Assembly (NCBI RefSeq): GCF_009834535.1
Contig: NC_045696.1
Coordinates: 69,690,001 to 69,754,000 of the forward strand
Reading direction: 5' to 3'
DNA: 64,000 nt
DNA from: Camelus ferus
Lineage: Eukaryota
Shown: in pieces, positions 62,590 through 64,000 of the stretch
How the letters are laid out: every line of letters starts with the position of its first letter
Numbering within the stretch: the stretch's first letter is position 1
Program-made: the position numbers and the translations under genes
Notes under the pieces: model-generated
The model's database searches: none
The model's input: only the letters and a program-made list of their open reading frames with translations
What the model was told of the DNA's origin: nothing

Positions 62590-63900
62590 AGTAATGACAA
62601 GATACGAAGCATAGAAATAGGAAAAGAACACATGAAAGTATTTGTAAATGAATGTATCATCTATCTAGAAAGAGCAACAGAATCGAGATGCAAACTATTA
62701 GAATTAGTAAGTTTGGTAAGTTCTCTGAATATTAAAATCAGCCTACAAAAACCCAGTAGCATTTCTCACAGTATCAATAATCAGCCAGAAAATATAATTT
62801 AAAATAAGGTACTATTCACAATAACCTCCGAAAATATAAAGTTTGGGGGCACTAATGAAGACTGCATAAGATGTCTTGTGGGAAAAAAATCTAAAACTTT
62901 TTATGAGGGACATAGAAGTTTATCTGAATAAATACAGAGGCAGCCATCCTCTTGGAATGGTTCACGATACTATAAAGATGTCACTTTTCCCCAAGTTTAT
63001 CAATAGATTTGATGTAATCAAAATCAACATTTCACATCAATTTTTTTTTGAGGAAGTCAGTAAACACCACTACAATTTATTTAGGAGAATAAAGTATTAC
63101 AAATAACTAAGTCAATTTTGAAAAACTCAGTCGGGCTTAACATAGAGAAACAGAGCCAGTCAGAGATACATACATTAAGAAATGTATTGCAAGAAATTGG
63201 CTCACATGATTGTGGGGGTTGCCTATGCAAGTCTGAAATTCATAGAGCAGACTGTCACAAAAGGCAGGCTGGAACTCTCAGGCACAGCCTGAAGTTGCTG
63301 TCCACAGGACACATTTCTTCTTGAGAGAAGCCCCAGCTCTGCTCTCAAGGCCTTTAAACTGATTGGATCAGGCCCACCCAGTTTATCTAAGATTATTTTC
63401 CTGACTTAAAGTAAACAGATTAATGGACTTTAATCACATCTACAAAATACCTTCACAACAACACCTAGATTAGTTTTAATTGAATAACCAACCAAGGTGA
63501 CACATTAAAAAGATCCTCACAAAGCGAGCTTGTCCTACTAGTTTTAAAGAAGCACGATGAAGCCCTAGTAATACATTTTTTTAAGCAGTATTACTATAAG
63601 CAGAGTCAGATAGACCCTTGGAACAGAATAGATAGGTTTGAGATAAACCTGTATGTATATGGGAATTTAACATACAATAAATAAAAGCAGCACCACATAG
63701 GAAAGGACAAGTCATTTAATACTCAGTGATGGGGAAACTGGCAATACCTACATGGGAAAAAAACAAAATGATCTGTATCTCATACCACACACAAAAGTGG
63801 ACTCTGGATGGAATTTAACGTAAATGTGATAAATGAAAACAGTAAAAAGAAGAAAGTATACAATGTCTTTGTAAATTATGAGCAAGGAAAGACTTCAAAA
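62590..63900 (+). mobile_element. L1M ORF2 fragment split by an MLT2-like LTR (-, about 63130-63520)
   Basis: L1 peptide remnants (KLLELVS, IKMSLFPKFINRFDVI). MLT2 motifs gaaattggctcacatgattgtgggg, actgattggatcaggcccaccca and aatcacatctacaaaataccttcac. Confidence 0.8.
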
Positions 63901-64000
63901 ACAAAATCTCTCAGCACACCGGTAGCCAATTTAGGACATTAATAGGGAGTGTATTAAAACAGTGATAGCACCAGAGTCTCCATAAGAAAACTGAGAGGCA

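Overview
Mammalian genomic DNA, most likely camelid (eight copies of a Vic-1-like tRNA-derived SINE, plus lineage-specific L1 3' ends). Most of the window is old interspersed repeats: L1M, L2, MIR, MaLR/ERVL/ERV1 LTRs, and hAT/Tigger fossils. The ORF track shows no intact host gene. Manual six-frame reading found an intron-containing, minus-strand pseudogene of the NmrA-like family, best matching NMRAL2 (human NMRAL2P), a paralogue of the NADPH sensor NMRAL1/HSCARG. Four coding exons are visible (57052-57013, 51719-51521, 48601-48412, 44607-44428), with canonical GT/AG at every observed junction. It carries 49-, 2- and 1-nt deletions, and the second coding exon could not be found. Other notable items: an ARE/MARE-like element just upstream of the ATG, co-oriented CTCF motifs around the gene 3' end, a four-level nested transposon inside a Charlie-type transposase fossil, an ERV-L pol remnant and a perfect 21-bp inverted repeat. 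Repeat family names, reference proteins and exon sizes come from recalled consensus sequences, not a database run, and repeat boundaries are approximate. I found no evidence of a wholly novel biological system.
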